Source of the DNA: Octopus bimaculoides
Lineage: Eukaryota
Assembly (NCBI RefSeq): GCF_001194135.2
Contig: NC_068982.1
Span: forward strand, 20,729,872 to 20,793,871
Direction of reading: 5' to 3'
DNA length: 64,000 nt
Position numbers and translations under genes: made by a program. Below the pieces are notes generated by a model, which made no database searches, had not been told where the DNA came from, and saw nothing but the letters and a program-made list of their open reading frames with translations. Within the stretch, counting starts at the first letter, position 1. Each line of letters begins with the position of its first letter. This document shows, in pieces, positions 13,861-26,530 of this stretch.

Positions 13861-15314
13861 ACTGATGCACCTTTAAGTCAGCAACAGACATTCTAACATA
13901 TCTAATATGCATTTTCTACTTCGACTGTGTTTTGGTAGGACAATAAACCTATGCCTTTGCATGGCTAGCTATAACAATCTTTGACGAAACACAAACCTAT
14001 TTGATACAGCTGAATGTGAATAAGAGAGAAACATTGACACCAGCACTAGAGTGTACTCAATTTATCAACACGGATATTATAAAAAGAAAAACGTTATCCC
14101 GCTGGTAAGTGAAATCAGAGAGCTGGGAACTAGAGACATAGCAAAATAAATTTTATTGGATGTTCGAAAGATTCTTCTAGGTCATCATATTATGGTGCCT
14201 CATTATATTTCAGAGAGAAATGGCACGCAATTTAATTTTGACGAATTTAAATGTAGGAAGATTTTTATTAGAACTGTGTAAATGAAAATCAAAACTAAGT
14301 TTCTAAATATTTACTATGTTTTGTCTCTGTATCGCTCTTGGTACAAAGGTTAATCTTACCAATAATACATTAACTTATTGAATTACGATAATATTTAACT
14401 ATGATAATATTTATAAATGAATATTATCAGCTAATACAGAGAAATATATTTAAAAAGTTTCCTACTCAGACAATATAAAGTGGTGGAAAAGTATAGGATT
14501 GTTCGTGGGAAATATAAGATATAGGTTTCGGTGTAATATATATATGATCTGATAAAGTATAATATAGATACATATTACAGTTACTGAAGCTCCATGTTTA
14601 TTGAGAAAATGTCGTTTATATATATATGCCAAATAATATATCTTTTTCAGATTGTTATGAATATTGCATGTTTGGTTACTTCAGCTCTTGTACGAAAGAA
14701 GTAGAAATATTTTTTTTCATACTAATGGCAGCAAGTGACTATCTAGATACAATAGTAATATGAATGTTATTAAGACAAATACATGCAATCGGATATCTAC
14801 TCGGGGTCCAAGTTTTATATTAGGAATAAGTATACATTACTAAGTTATTGATAGACAAACTATTTATTTTCTTCGTAATGAATTATTTGGAATTATGCAT
14901 TATGATCACAGGTAATGTTACATGAAGTATTATTTGATAATAGAGGAAAATATAATGCAAACAGTTAAAATGCGCTGTCTATAAATAGGGGATTGTTAAT
15001 ATACGTGCTTTTCATAGAAGGAATATTAAGGTAAGGTAATTATATGTCTGGTATTATGATATAGCTAAAGGTACTGGTATGCATTCCATAAATAAGATTA
15101 ATTTTATATATCATGTTTGTAATTTACTATCTGTCTGGCAACAAACTGCAACTGTCCAGTTATCTATATATTTATCCAACTAACCATATATAAATCTAAT
15201 CTTATTTTTCCCTCTCATTTCTCGCATTCGTTTCTTTCTGCGTACGAAGATACGTACATATATATACGACACGCCATATGTGTGTATATATATATATATA
15301 AATATATATGTTTG

Positions 15315-15345
<31 letters not shown>

Positions 15346-16030
15346 NNNNNNNNNNNNNNNNNNNNNNNNNNNNNNNNNNNNNNNNNNNNNNNNNNNNNNN
15401 NNNNNNNNNNNNNNNNNNNNNNNNNNNNNNNNNNNNNNNNNNNNNNNNNNNNNNNNNNNNNNNNNNNNNNNNNNNNNNNNNNNNNNNNNNNNNNNNNNNN
15501 NNNNNNNNNNNNNNNNNNNNNNNNNNNNNNNNNNNNNNNNNNATATACATATACATATATATATATATTTATATATATATATGTCTCTCAGTATGTTTGC
15601 CTCTCTTTCTCTCTCTCCCCCTCTCTCTATATATATGTGGTATACTGTTCCATAACTGGAGAAGTTACAGAAGAAAGTTCTCAATCGAGGAAGACGTAAA
15701 CATTTGATAAACCCAGAAGTTAAGCGAGAGTTACTATAGGTTTCACGGTCTGGTACTACAACAGCCGAACGAGGCTGTATAACGTGCGGTGTATAGACCT
15801 GTAATATTTCAGGATGAAAATAAAACATGGATGCTCTAAAAGAAGCTAGAAAGAACGAAAATGGGCGAGAGAAATGAGAGAATGAAAAGAGAGAAAGAGA
15901 AAAGGTAGTAATAAACATAAGAGTTGTGATGATTTCCTCTGTTGAATAAGAATACAAAATGGATGATTTATTGAACGGGGAATTTCAAAATAATGTTACT
16001 GAATGCATCATCCGAAGACGATAGTATTCA

Positions 16031-16144
<114 letters not shown>

Positions 16145-16189
16145 AACATACACACACACGCATATATATTTATACATACATAATGATGT

Positions 16190-16240
16190 AGACCCCTCTG
16201 ATGAGAACCCAATAAGGTTCGAAAATCGATTAAGGTTGTT
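16190..16240 (+). ncRNA. Minimal type I hammerhead ribozyme motif (Penelope-like)
   Basis: CCT-CTGATGA(16198-16204)-GAACC-caataa-GGTTC-GAAA-ATCGAT-TA-AGG: intact core, 5-bp stem II, palindromic stem III (AATCGATT), UUA triplet, 3-bp stem I. Confidence 0.7.
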
Positions 16241-17802
16241 CAATTTTTTCCAGTCTGCGGAGAAGTAGCTAAAATTTGCCCTCTTTATACTTATAGTATG
16301 TTATATATTCATTAAATCATACTTTGATACGGTGTGGACTAAAAACTCCGCTGGTATTTATAGAGTGTGAAACAATTTCGGTATGCAAATTAGATACACC
16401 TTCATAGAATAGCTGCTCTATTTGCTGAGTATATAAACAGGTTGGCTACTTGCTACTCAGGAGACTGTTTATAATTATACCATGTGTTATATATACATAT
16501 ATTTATATATATATATACGAAACACATACGTATACCTATATAGAAACACATGTACGTTTATATATATCTTCGCTTGTCTCTCTCCATCCATTTCTCTGTG
16601 CATATCTCTGAGAGTATGCGTGTGTTCTTGATATAGTGACAGTAAATCTTCTTTAAAAAATGCATGGAAGTAAAATATAAACAAGGAACAGTAGAAATGA
16701 AGGAGCAGAAGAGTATAAAGAAGTCAAAGTTTGCAAATGCAAGGGAAAGAAATGGAAAATTATTAAGAAAGTTTAGGTATAGTCTTATGATTGACCTGAA
16801 CAGAGAATTAATCACAAAAGTTACCGATATGAAAAATCAGTTTTTGTAATGGTATCGATTCAAAAATTGAAATAACAATACAAGCCAGTACGTGTGTCTT
16901 ATATCTTTATATCTCGTAAATGGATGTCACGAAAAATACATTGTTAATGCTATCGGCATCTTTACCTATCCCTCGGAGGACTTAGGGTCGGTATTATATA
17001 TTTAGTGTCCCTTAGGTACAATAAATACAACCTTTTCGAAAAGATGGACTGCAACTTTTCAAAAATCCCTACATACAGTAAACTCTTATATTTAAAAATA
17101 TGGTGAAATAGTTTGGTCTGTGAGGCCTAGAACTATACTCTGGAACTATACTTAGTAGGATTAAGAAATATTCATACAGGTTACCGAAAAATTTATGCGA
17201 ACAAACCAAACGTGTCACATTTGAAGATCACCTCTAAAATTACAATATTTAATCAGAAAACTGAACGGAAATTTTGGCACCGTATATTGTGCCTGAGTGA
17301 TACAGTCACAAGGAAACATACATCTCATCTACGAACCAAACACATAAGAATCTTAAAGATCCAATCCAGCATCACTCGAAAACGTTGCCTTGAGTGGGAT
17401 TAAAATATATATGAAATAACTACCATCGTTAGTTAGCAACTATGCGTAAATTTAATTCAAATAATCCAATATAGTATAAAGAAATTCCATAAATAGAACG
17501 GTGTGAAAGAACTAAAGACTTCTATAGGCATAATCGATGAGTTTTGGATCATTCCCTACTTACATATGTTCTTTCACAATGGTAACATTTGTAATGAGAA
17601 GAAAATTGAAAAGTCACGAGAATAAAATGAAATTTTAATGAGCGTTTTCTAGAGAAGAATTTTGACATTCAATCTCATATAATTGTAAAATAGTGTAAAA
17701 TANNNNNNNNNNNNNNNNNNNNNNNNNNNNNNNNNNNNNNNNNNNNNNNNNNNNNNNNNNNNNNNNNNNNNNNNNNNNNNNNNNNNNNNNNNNNNNNNNN
17801 NN

Positions 17803-17835
<33 letters not shown>

Positions 17836-19499
17836 CTGTGCCTGTGTAATGTTCTCTTTCAGAACATGATATGATTTTGAAATTAGTAAAAATACTTCCT
17901 GGTATTTGAAGATAAATGTTCAATAATAGCTAGTGTATAAGCTAATGCTGACCCCTTTTAAGAATAACACAAAATGACAGATGTTTTAAATGCATGTGGA
18001 ACAATGAATTGCATATTCCTAATATATAATAAATAGATTATCCTATTTATATTTCTTATATTGTAAAATGAGCTAACAAAGCCAACCACATAATGCTATG
18101 CAAATGTTCCTTTTATTTTGAATATATGATTATATTACATCCAAAATTGACTTCAATGAATCTAAAAGCTTTCTTGTTATTTGTCTTACAATAAATACAT
18201 ACGACCATGTAAAACAAGATATTCTTTCCAGATCATATATAATGATGTGGCTCATCACCCAGTGCACCTATTCTATTTAACGTCGTTTTAGCATTTATCT
18301 TGTATAAATTGTATGTTAATTGTAACTCATTATTACAGGCAGAATAATGACGTATGTCATTAGTACAGACTTCACATAATTTCACCTTTCGCAGTTACAT
18401 TTGTTTTCTTCATCATAATCCTGATAACTGATAGATTCTTATACGAAAAATAATCGCCTCCGTTTAGCCAAATTTTAATTAAACTACTGGGACCCGTCAA
18501 TATTTCACAGAATTAATGGTAAAACTATTGTTATTTCTGAAACTTTTATCCAAAAATCCTGAAAGCGTAGCCTGTGTTTTGTCTGTATGGAAACAAAGTA
18601 TCACTGAGATGTGAAAGAAATTGGAATACGGTGATTACTTAATGCACTTTATATATACACTTTATATACATTATGCACAATTTTATAGACTTAATACACA
18701 GCACTCATAAAATAAATATTCACTCTTCTTTTTCCCTTTTACTAATAAATAAAGACTAAAATTATCCCGGACATATGATACAATCTTGAATTAAATTGCA
18801 TATATCTGCCACGTAAACAGCCTGAATATTTCGCGGAATTTCACTCATGCGCATGCGTTTATAAGTGATATAAGAAACTTAGTTCAATAAAAAATATACT
18901 TTTCACTATCCGATACTACACCACCACCACCACCAACACCACCTCTCTGCCCTATCTCCCTCTCTCTCCTCCTCTTTCTCTGCCTTCCTTTTACCTCACC
19001 ATCAGAGCATCACCCCTCTGCAGTACGGCCGTATTACCAGAGTGATGTAAGAGACAAAAGTCTAGAGCATAACGTACTCCACTTATAAGAAAAAAATGTA
19101 TTTGAAACTTGAGTCGCCGAGTTCCTGTACATAAGAAACTTTGGGAATTGACAAACCAGAGAGATCTTTCTTCAGTGGACTGCACGATCTGTTTCCCTTA
19201 CGAAGAAGCGTCAAGAAAAAGTAGCATTGTTCCCCCCTCAGTAAGTACAGAAATATAGTTTATATGCACATAGCTTTCGTAAAATTTTATGCGCATTAAT
19301 AGTGTTCTAACAATATCAAAATCGTAATTTTCTAACAATATTAAACACATTATTTTCTAACAATATTACAAGCTAGTATCTCAAAGAGCTTCAAATTTTA
19401 ATGAAGTAGAAACCACAAACTTTAGAAGATATATCACCAACAAATTGCATTCTATGAATCATCCCCTTTAAAAGTTCTTAAGATACAATGTTATTTATA

Positions 19500-21121
19500 G
19501 TGATTGACAAATATTATGTCTCACAATAAACATGATAAATATAACTTCCATCTGGTGTAGGGGGAATGACTAATGGGTTTAAAATTATGTGGCTACATAA
19601 AAAATGCTTCTATCATTGCATATGGTGGGACGATTGTCAAACAGCATTTGCTTCTCGAAGACTTTTGAATATAATCATATCGATATTAGTTGATATGATG
19701 TACAACTATGCATTAGTATTTAACCGTCTAATCTCAACGTGCGGCTTTTAACCTTCAGAACACAATTTACGGATAATTACATCAATAAAATAACTAGCCA
19801 ATTAGATTTTCATTTCACTTCTATTATTTACTTTTTGTGTTATTTTACATTCTTCTCGTTCGATTTTCAAAATTTTTTGTTGTTGGTATTCTTCTACATT
19901 GTTACTCATTTCTTTCCTAATCATCTTGATCAACTTCTTTACCGTTTATCAAAGATATTTCACACTGAATATTCACATGGATTTCTCTGATTTTATTGAT
20001 TAAAAACATAACTTCGTTTTTCATGCGTAACTCGCTTGTTTACTGCTGAAGATATTTATTCAAGTGGTTGGGAGGGAGGTTTTCCAAGAAATGTGCTGAT
20101 ATAACTTATTGCTATTCTATTGACACATCGCAAAAACATAGAACCATTATTTTCCTTCTGTTGGTAATTGAATTATTGTTAAGATTTCCGTAAAACTAAT
20201 AGTTGAAACTGCTGATTCCACAGCAAGTATTTCTGTAATTCACTTTATTCAAGTTCTTGAAGTTTGAGCCAAATGAATTCTTGTTGACGAAACACTATGA
20301 TTATTTGATATTTCAACCTTCACCATTTGTAAAATGTTACTGAAATGCTAGAAATTACAATCTATGGAATTATTTGTTTCTGAGCATGTGTGTTTTTTAA
20401 ACGTATGTATGTGCGAGTTGCTGCGTTTCTTGATAGTTTCAGTGAATTTTTTCAGCTGTTTTCTCAACAGTAATAAAAGCATTAATAATATCTTCTTTTT
20501 TTTTTTTCACAATCTTTTGTCATTTGTTATAAATATAGTTCCTATCCTTTTAATTTCGAAAGAAATTATACCAGTCAGATGTAGATCCATCAGAATTTTC
20601 CCAGTTATTTTAGTGTCGGTAGTGAGGACACTACTAATAATATTATCCAGTGGTTGTCTAGTTCGCTTCATCTGTAGTACAGTTTATTTTAGTAAGGATT
20701 TCTAATTTTATATATAGAAACATTCTTTACACATATAGTTTTGGTGAGAAATACTTTAAAACTCTTTTTCCTTGTCTTCCGGAAGTTTGTATCATCTTTT
20801 GGACACTTGAAGAAAGTAACGATGATGTATCTGTCATTTGCCCCTATTTCTAAGTGCTTGCTCAGCGGAGTCTTACGTAACTCTTTTTGTGTTATATGTT
20901 ATCTGTGGAATCTTAGATGTTGGCAAAGGTAAATGTTGGCATCGGAAAAATAATGGGAACAGGTTATGCAGTATATTTAATTCTGTGTCTTCTTTTTGTT
21001 AGTCAATTGGTTAAATATCTAATAAACTAATCGATCGTTTCTTTAATACGCTAGTTAAATAATCGGTTGTTTCTTAGTGATAATAGTTTCGTCCCCAACC
21101 GTCACCTCTTCAGTAAGAAGC
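19500..21121 (-). mobile_element. Possible decayed Penelope-like retroelement 5' portion with a degenerate HHR at its 5' end
   Basis: Weak remnants TEILAVESAV and IILNPLV on the minus strand; degenerate HHR-like motif at 21066-21121 on the same strand, upstream of them. Confidence 0.3.
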
Positions 21122-22181
21122 CTTCAACACAGCTCTGTGTCTGTGCCAAACGTCGTCTTATGCCAGTGCATTTGCATGTCTGTATGAAGAATTGTGCTTG
21201 CTTTCAAGGGAAGGTAAGCAGGAGAGTTTACGAAGTGTTTGAGTGTGTGCGCGTTGGTGTGTATGTGTGTCTATGTGTGTACGGATGTATTTAAACGTGT
21301 GATGGTATGCTTTTGAGTTGAGTGTGTGTGTATAAGTCATCTGTGACCTCTCAAGGGTTCGATCATTTGTTCAATGTCAGTTTGGTATCAGTTCTGCTGG
21401 TATTCACTTGACATCCCGTAAAAACTTATGGAAGGGGACGACAGGATAGGCGCGAGCGCGGATGTCTGCGAGCGTGCGTGTGCGTGACTGTGTGTGTAGG
21501 TGGATGGCCGCTGATGTACGCATGCATGTGTGTGGTCTGGTGAGTGTGATCTGATGGTTGGAGGGTTCTGTAAGTGGCTGTGTATGTTCGTATGTGCGTA
21601 TGAATATTTGAGTGCTTCCAGTATGTGAGTGCGTACATGCGTGTGTGTGGAGTGTGGTGGCATTTGAATAACAATTCGTCTATTGGGTATGTATCCGTGT
21701 GTGCGTTCTTGTGAGTGTCTCTGTGTATGTGATGTGATGTATGTGATGTGTGTTTATAACTGAGTTCTATGGTGTGGTATGTGGTTGTCCATTCTTGAGT
21801 TCCTCTGTGGTTGTGTTTGTGTGTATGTGTGTGCGCGTGTATGTGTTGCTGAGTACTTTGATGTGTTTATTTGTTTATTTTTGCTTTTATATATGTGTGT
21901 GTGTGTGTGTGTGTGTCTACGTGTTTTTATGAGTGTGCGTGCAATTGTTCATGATTACTTGTATTTTTGTATTGATTTCCTAGTCCCCACCACCACCTGA
22001 TAAACGTCACTTAGAGGATCGGATGTAGAACCGACCTAATGAGAACTAGTTTTAAAGATAACTACTGTTGTTGATTCGTTCGATAAAAATTCTTCAAATT
22101 GACGCAACAGTAGGGCTGCAGTCTAATGTCTGATGTAATTAACAGATAACAGATATAGGTACGTACAAAAACACATAGATA

Positions 22182-23070
22182 GGAGGGGGTATCAGAAGTT
22201 TCCGAGACTAGTTACGCTAAATAAAAAAAAAATCTCATTTACCTAAGTTTTTACATTATCTTCTTTGAAATAGTCACTTTGCGCTGCATTACATAGGTCC
22301 CATTGATCCTGCCACTTTTAGAATCCCGGCTGGAAGTCGTATACTGTAAACGTAGACATTTTACGATTGGTTCTGGATCTCGACAACAGTTTTAAAACGG
22401 CGACGTTTGAGCTGCATTTTCATTTGGGGAAGAGATGGAACACTGAATGCGATAAATCTGGCGAACAGGGTGGTTGCGGAAGCGATACCATACTGTATTT
22501 GGCGAGGAACCTACGAGACGGGAGAACTCATTGAAGAATCCATTTCTTGGCGCTACACAGATACAGTCGCTTTCAAGGAATTGTCCTCCCCAAACCTTTC
22601 GAAACGTCGCAGAAGAACTCTTGAATGACGTTCTTGGGGGACGAATTCTCGATGTACTGTACCACATTTCCTGGGGTGACGCTCGTCACTGGTCTTCCCG
22701 ATCGCCGATCTTCTTCCAGGGAACTTCTTCCGCTTTTGAATCACTCGTGTCACTCGAAACGTTGAGGACGATCCATTGCCTCATCGCCGTAAGCTAACCG
22801 ATTCAGGTTCAATGTCTCTGTAGCCGACCTTTCAAGTTTAAAGCAAAATTTTACTTTCTCTCTTCGTTCCTATCAAAATAAAATCGCAGTTTACAGCTTA
22901 TTTACGATCACAAAACACAATTTTCGCAACTTGCAAAGTAAACAACAGTGTGATGTCACTCGGTACCCTACCTCATGAATATTACTGCTAGCTCCAATTC
23001 TCAGGCAACCGTGTGCTGCCATCTTTTGGCGCGCTACTGAACTAGTCCTGGAATATTTTATACCACCTCG
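22182..23070 (-). mobile_element. mariner-type transposon, internally deleted non-autonomous copy
   Basis: TIRs GGAGGGGGTATCAGAAGTTTCCGAGACTAGTT and (minus) CGAGGTGGTATAAAATATTCCAGGACTAGTT with TA flanks. N-terminal HTH remnant KFCFKLERSATETLNL...YGDEAM...FKSGRSSLEEDRRSGRP is joined to a C-terminal remnant PDLS...FHLF...KMQLKRRRF. Confidence 0.88.
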
Positions 23071-23334
23071 TATATATTAATATAGGCATACATATGTATG
23101 TATATATACACATAATGTAGTGCATAGGGATAAAGTATCCCGGCAGGTACCGTGATAGCTCTCACGTATATTCCAGTTTGCGGATAACCGCATCGTGTTG
23201 TAATAGGCGTGGTATTTACCTTCGTGGTATTTAGGTCTACGTTGTTTAGTCTAAATTATGACGTTGTATCTGTTCTGATATCATTTCATATTTTAGAAGG
23301 AGGTGAACAATTCTGCGGTTTGGTGCAGTCAATG

Positions 23335-23480
23335 GCGAACTGGTACGTCTTTTATCGTCCCTTAATGGATGAAAGGTAAGTCGGTCTCGGTGTCACTTCA
23401 ACTACTAGTGTCAAGTTGAAAGTAATGTCGTTTAGGATTTTGTCCGGACCGCTAACGTTCTGCCAACTCGCCATCTTAAA
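23335..23480 (-). mobile_element. tRNA-derived SINE (family A), degenerate copy
   Basis: TGGTAC..TTTTATCG.CCC...GGATGAAAGG.AAGTCG..CTCGG...GCTAACGTTCTGCCAACTCGCCATCTTA matches the other copies in reverse. Confidence 0.6.
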
Positions 23481-25366
23481 TATTGATATCAGTTAATTTT
23501 TATTGAATCAACGTGGTAGAGGCAGAATGTTGACACAAATTATTAGCATTCTACAGATTTATATATAATAGCGATATCAGTGTTTTTTTCCACTGTGTGT
23601 TGAAAGATAAGAAATGTTGGCGTGCAACCACTTCTTATGTTTTAGTGACCACAGATATAATGTATGGGTTAACTGATTTCTTGGTGGAGAGATAGAAATC
23701 TGTTTCGTAATATCATATGTAATCCATAATCTTTACGACAGCAGGATTTATATAACCACAGCAAGTGTGTATACGCCAGCAAGGTTTATGTAGTATATGT
23801 GTGTTAGCATTGTTAAAATGTTTACCAACTGGATACTACTGACATAGGGCTATCCTATACACTGGTTCCGATTTCTTGAAAAGATGAAGTGTCACTGATC
23901 GTATACTCGAAACTTACATTTGGAACATACACATTTAGTTCTCTTTAATAAATTCATAAATCATATTTATTTTCGCAGGTGTGCTCTACGACAGTACCTG
24001 CCATGTTTTGAATTACTATTTTCATATTAACTCATTATTTTAACTTACACGTTTTGAACATGTTTCAATAATGGTTTACAATATAACTTATTGACAATAA
24101 GTCATACATATTAAAACATTTTAACGAAACAGTACAACATTTTTTATATATTTTCCAAGTTGACTGAAATCGTTTGAAATATTTTGATATTTCCACTTAC
24201 ACACGTGATGATATCTACACTTCCGAGCGTATATAATCAAACAGGTATGAAAAATACATCCAACATAAACGCAAATGTGCGCATGAAACACAATTTGCTT
24301 CTACACACTGAAAAATAAAAATTAATATTAAACCACAGAATGTGGACAAAACTACCACAAGCGAATTTTACTGAATATATCGTGTGATTCGCATGAAATA
24401 GGATACGCGTATTCAAATTGAAAATATTAGGAGAGTTCTCAAAAAGTATTAATTAATATTCTTAATTTGCCTTGTAGATAAATAAAGGATGAGTATATTT
24501 GTTAGTTTCAGATGTACACACAAAGTGCATAAAATTTTATGAACAACAAGTCACTGGAATTAAAGAAAATCTCTACTTGCTGTAACGTAATTTCTCTTTT
24601 CTAGCTGTCCCTATCATAATCTCCTACATTAATATGAATGAGTTCATTTACATAGATGATAGAGCAACTAATTCTAAAGACGGCAGGACAAATACATAAC
24701 CTGGTCTTAAACGTGTCGAGTTTGAGACTATAGAATATTAATTTTGTTAATAACCGACTATTCGTCTCTAAGAATATAGCTGGTCCGAAGTATGGTACTA
24801 ACGTAATACTCGCTTGCATTTCAAGCACATGCTTAGGAATAACGATTGAATGATTTTAAATAATATTTAGTAAAACGTTCAGAATCATAACTAATTAACT
24901 GTACTTGTTTGGGCTACAGATTTAATTTCACTCCTATTGTAGCTTCATTGATGATGCTTAATTTTGAGGAGTTCAAATGCTCAAAACAGTTCTAATAGTC
25001 CACATATATTACATCCCGCTTTATATAGCAGCAACTCATGTTATTTTTCTCGTTGTCAACTGGGAAACCCAATGAAAATCGCTATGAGCTCATCTTACTA
25101 AAGCATAGCATTTTTAAATGATGAAAACTGCACCTTCTTACCAGTCATACACTTTACATAGATACAACAATCTTCTATTCACAAACACCTGACGACAATA
25201 TGCTGTTAAATGTGTTGTTGTTCCGAATATATTTATTTATTTCCTATATCACAAATGATTTGTTCATTTTCGATGGGAAATATTGCATTTATGATTATAT
25301 GATAGATAATTAATAAATCTGTGTTTGTTAATCTGCTTCAGATGAATAAAATCTCAGAATCTGACC

Positions 25367-25398
<32 letters not shown>

Positions 25399-26466
25399 GC
25401 ACACACACGCACACACACACACAACCACACACACGCACACACACTCTCTCTCACACACGCGCGCACGCGCACGCGCACAACACACACACACACACACACA
25501 AACACACACACGCACACACACACAATTCATATATCGCACTCTATAAATATTTCATTTTATCATACCCAATAGCAAAAAAATATTCCTGGAAATTACTATT
25601 GACTCAGAAAATTTTAAAATTATATAGTTTTATAATGTGATATTTCTAAGAAATTTGGAAAATAGTACTTGCCATTTAATTGAGTCCGTTATACATTACT
25701 TCTGATATTTAGCAGTGGCCATTTCGCTTGGAAGTTTAGTAGGTGCTTACCATTCTCTGTTATAAGCTATTCACCCAAGTTTTCGAATTCCTTTGATATT
25801 ATTGACAAAATACCTAAATATATGTTTTGTCGTCTCCGACATTATTTCTTCAGTCAGTCAAAGCTATATGGTTTATTACTTCATTGATGTAAGCATTTGC
25901 GTAATTTTCTTTTTTCTTAAAAAAACTACGAGAATTTCTTAAGTAGGTTGTTCATATTTCTTCTATATAATTGCTTTTTTTTTTTTTTTCAAATTTCCTA
26001 TTATGCAGTGTCTGGGAATGGGATTTCTTTCATGTACACTAGCCCATTAATATTTTCCTTCATCTTTTGGATAATCATAATAATTTATTTTCATGTCGAA
26101 GTCAGCAGTAGAAACTTACATTTACTACTCTTTATTAATACTTTCAATATATTTTTTTGCATTTCAGTTGTTATATATTGACTATTAACCATCCATTCAT
26201 GCTTTATGTATTCGACAAACATTCTTTTACGAACACACTGACATTCATATANNNNNNNNNNNNNNNNNNNNNNNNNNNNNNNNNNNNNNNNNNNNNNNNN
26301 NNNNNNNNNNNNNNNNNNNNNNNNNNNNNNNNNNNNNNNNNNNNNNNNNNNNNNNNNNNNNNNNNNNNNNNNNNNNNNNNNNNNNNNNNNNNNNNNNNNN
26401 NNNNNNNNNNNNNNNNATATACATAAATAAATACACACAGACATATATTTATGTATATTTCTATGT

Positions 26467-26530
<64 letters not shown>

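Noticed and set aside
15560-15830. Complex part of the minus-strand ORF 15202-15957 (VYTPHVIQPRSAVVVPDRE...)
   Set aside because: An acceptor-like site is present but there is no convincing donor or recognisable homology.
18991-19185. Minus-strand ORF ending at donor-like GAG|GTAAAG, near a TGCGCATGCG (NRF1-like) word at ~18848
   Set aside because: Short motifs are expected by chance; no recognisable protein.
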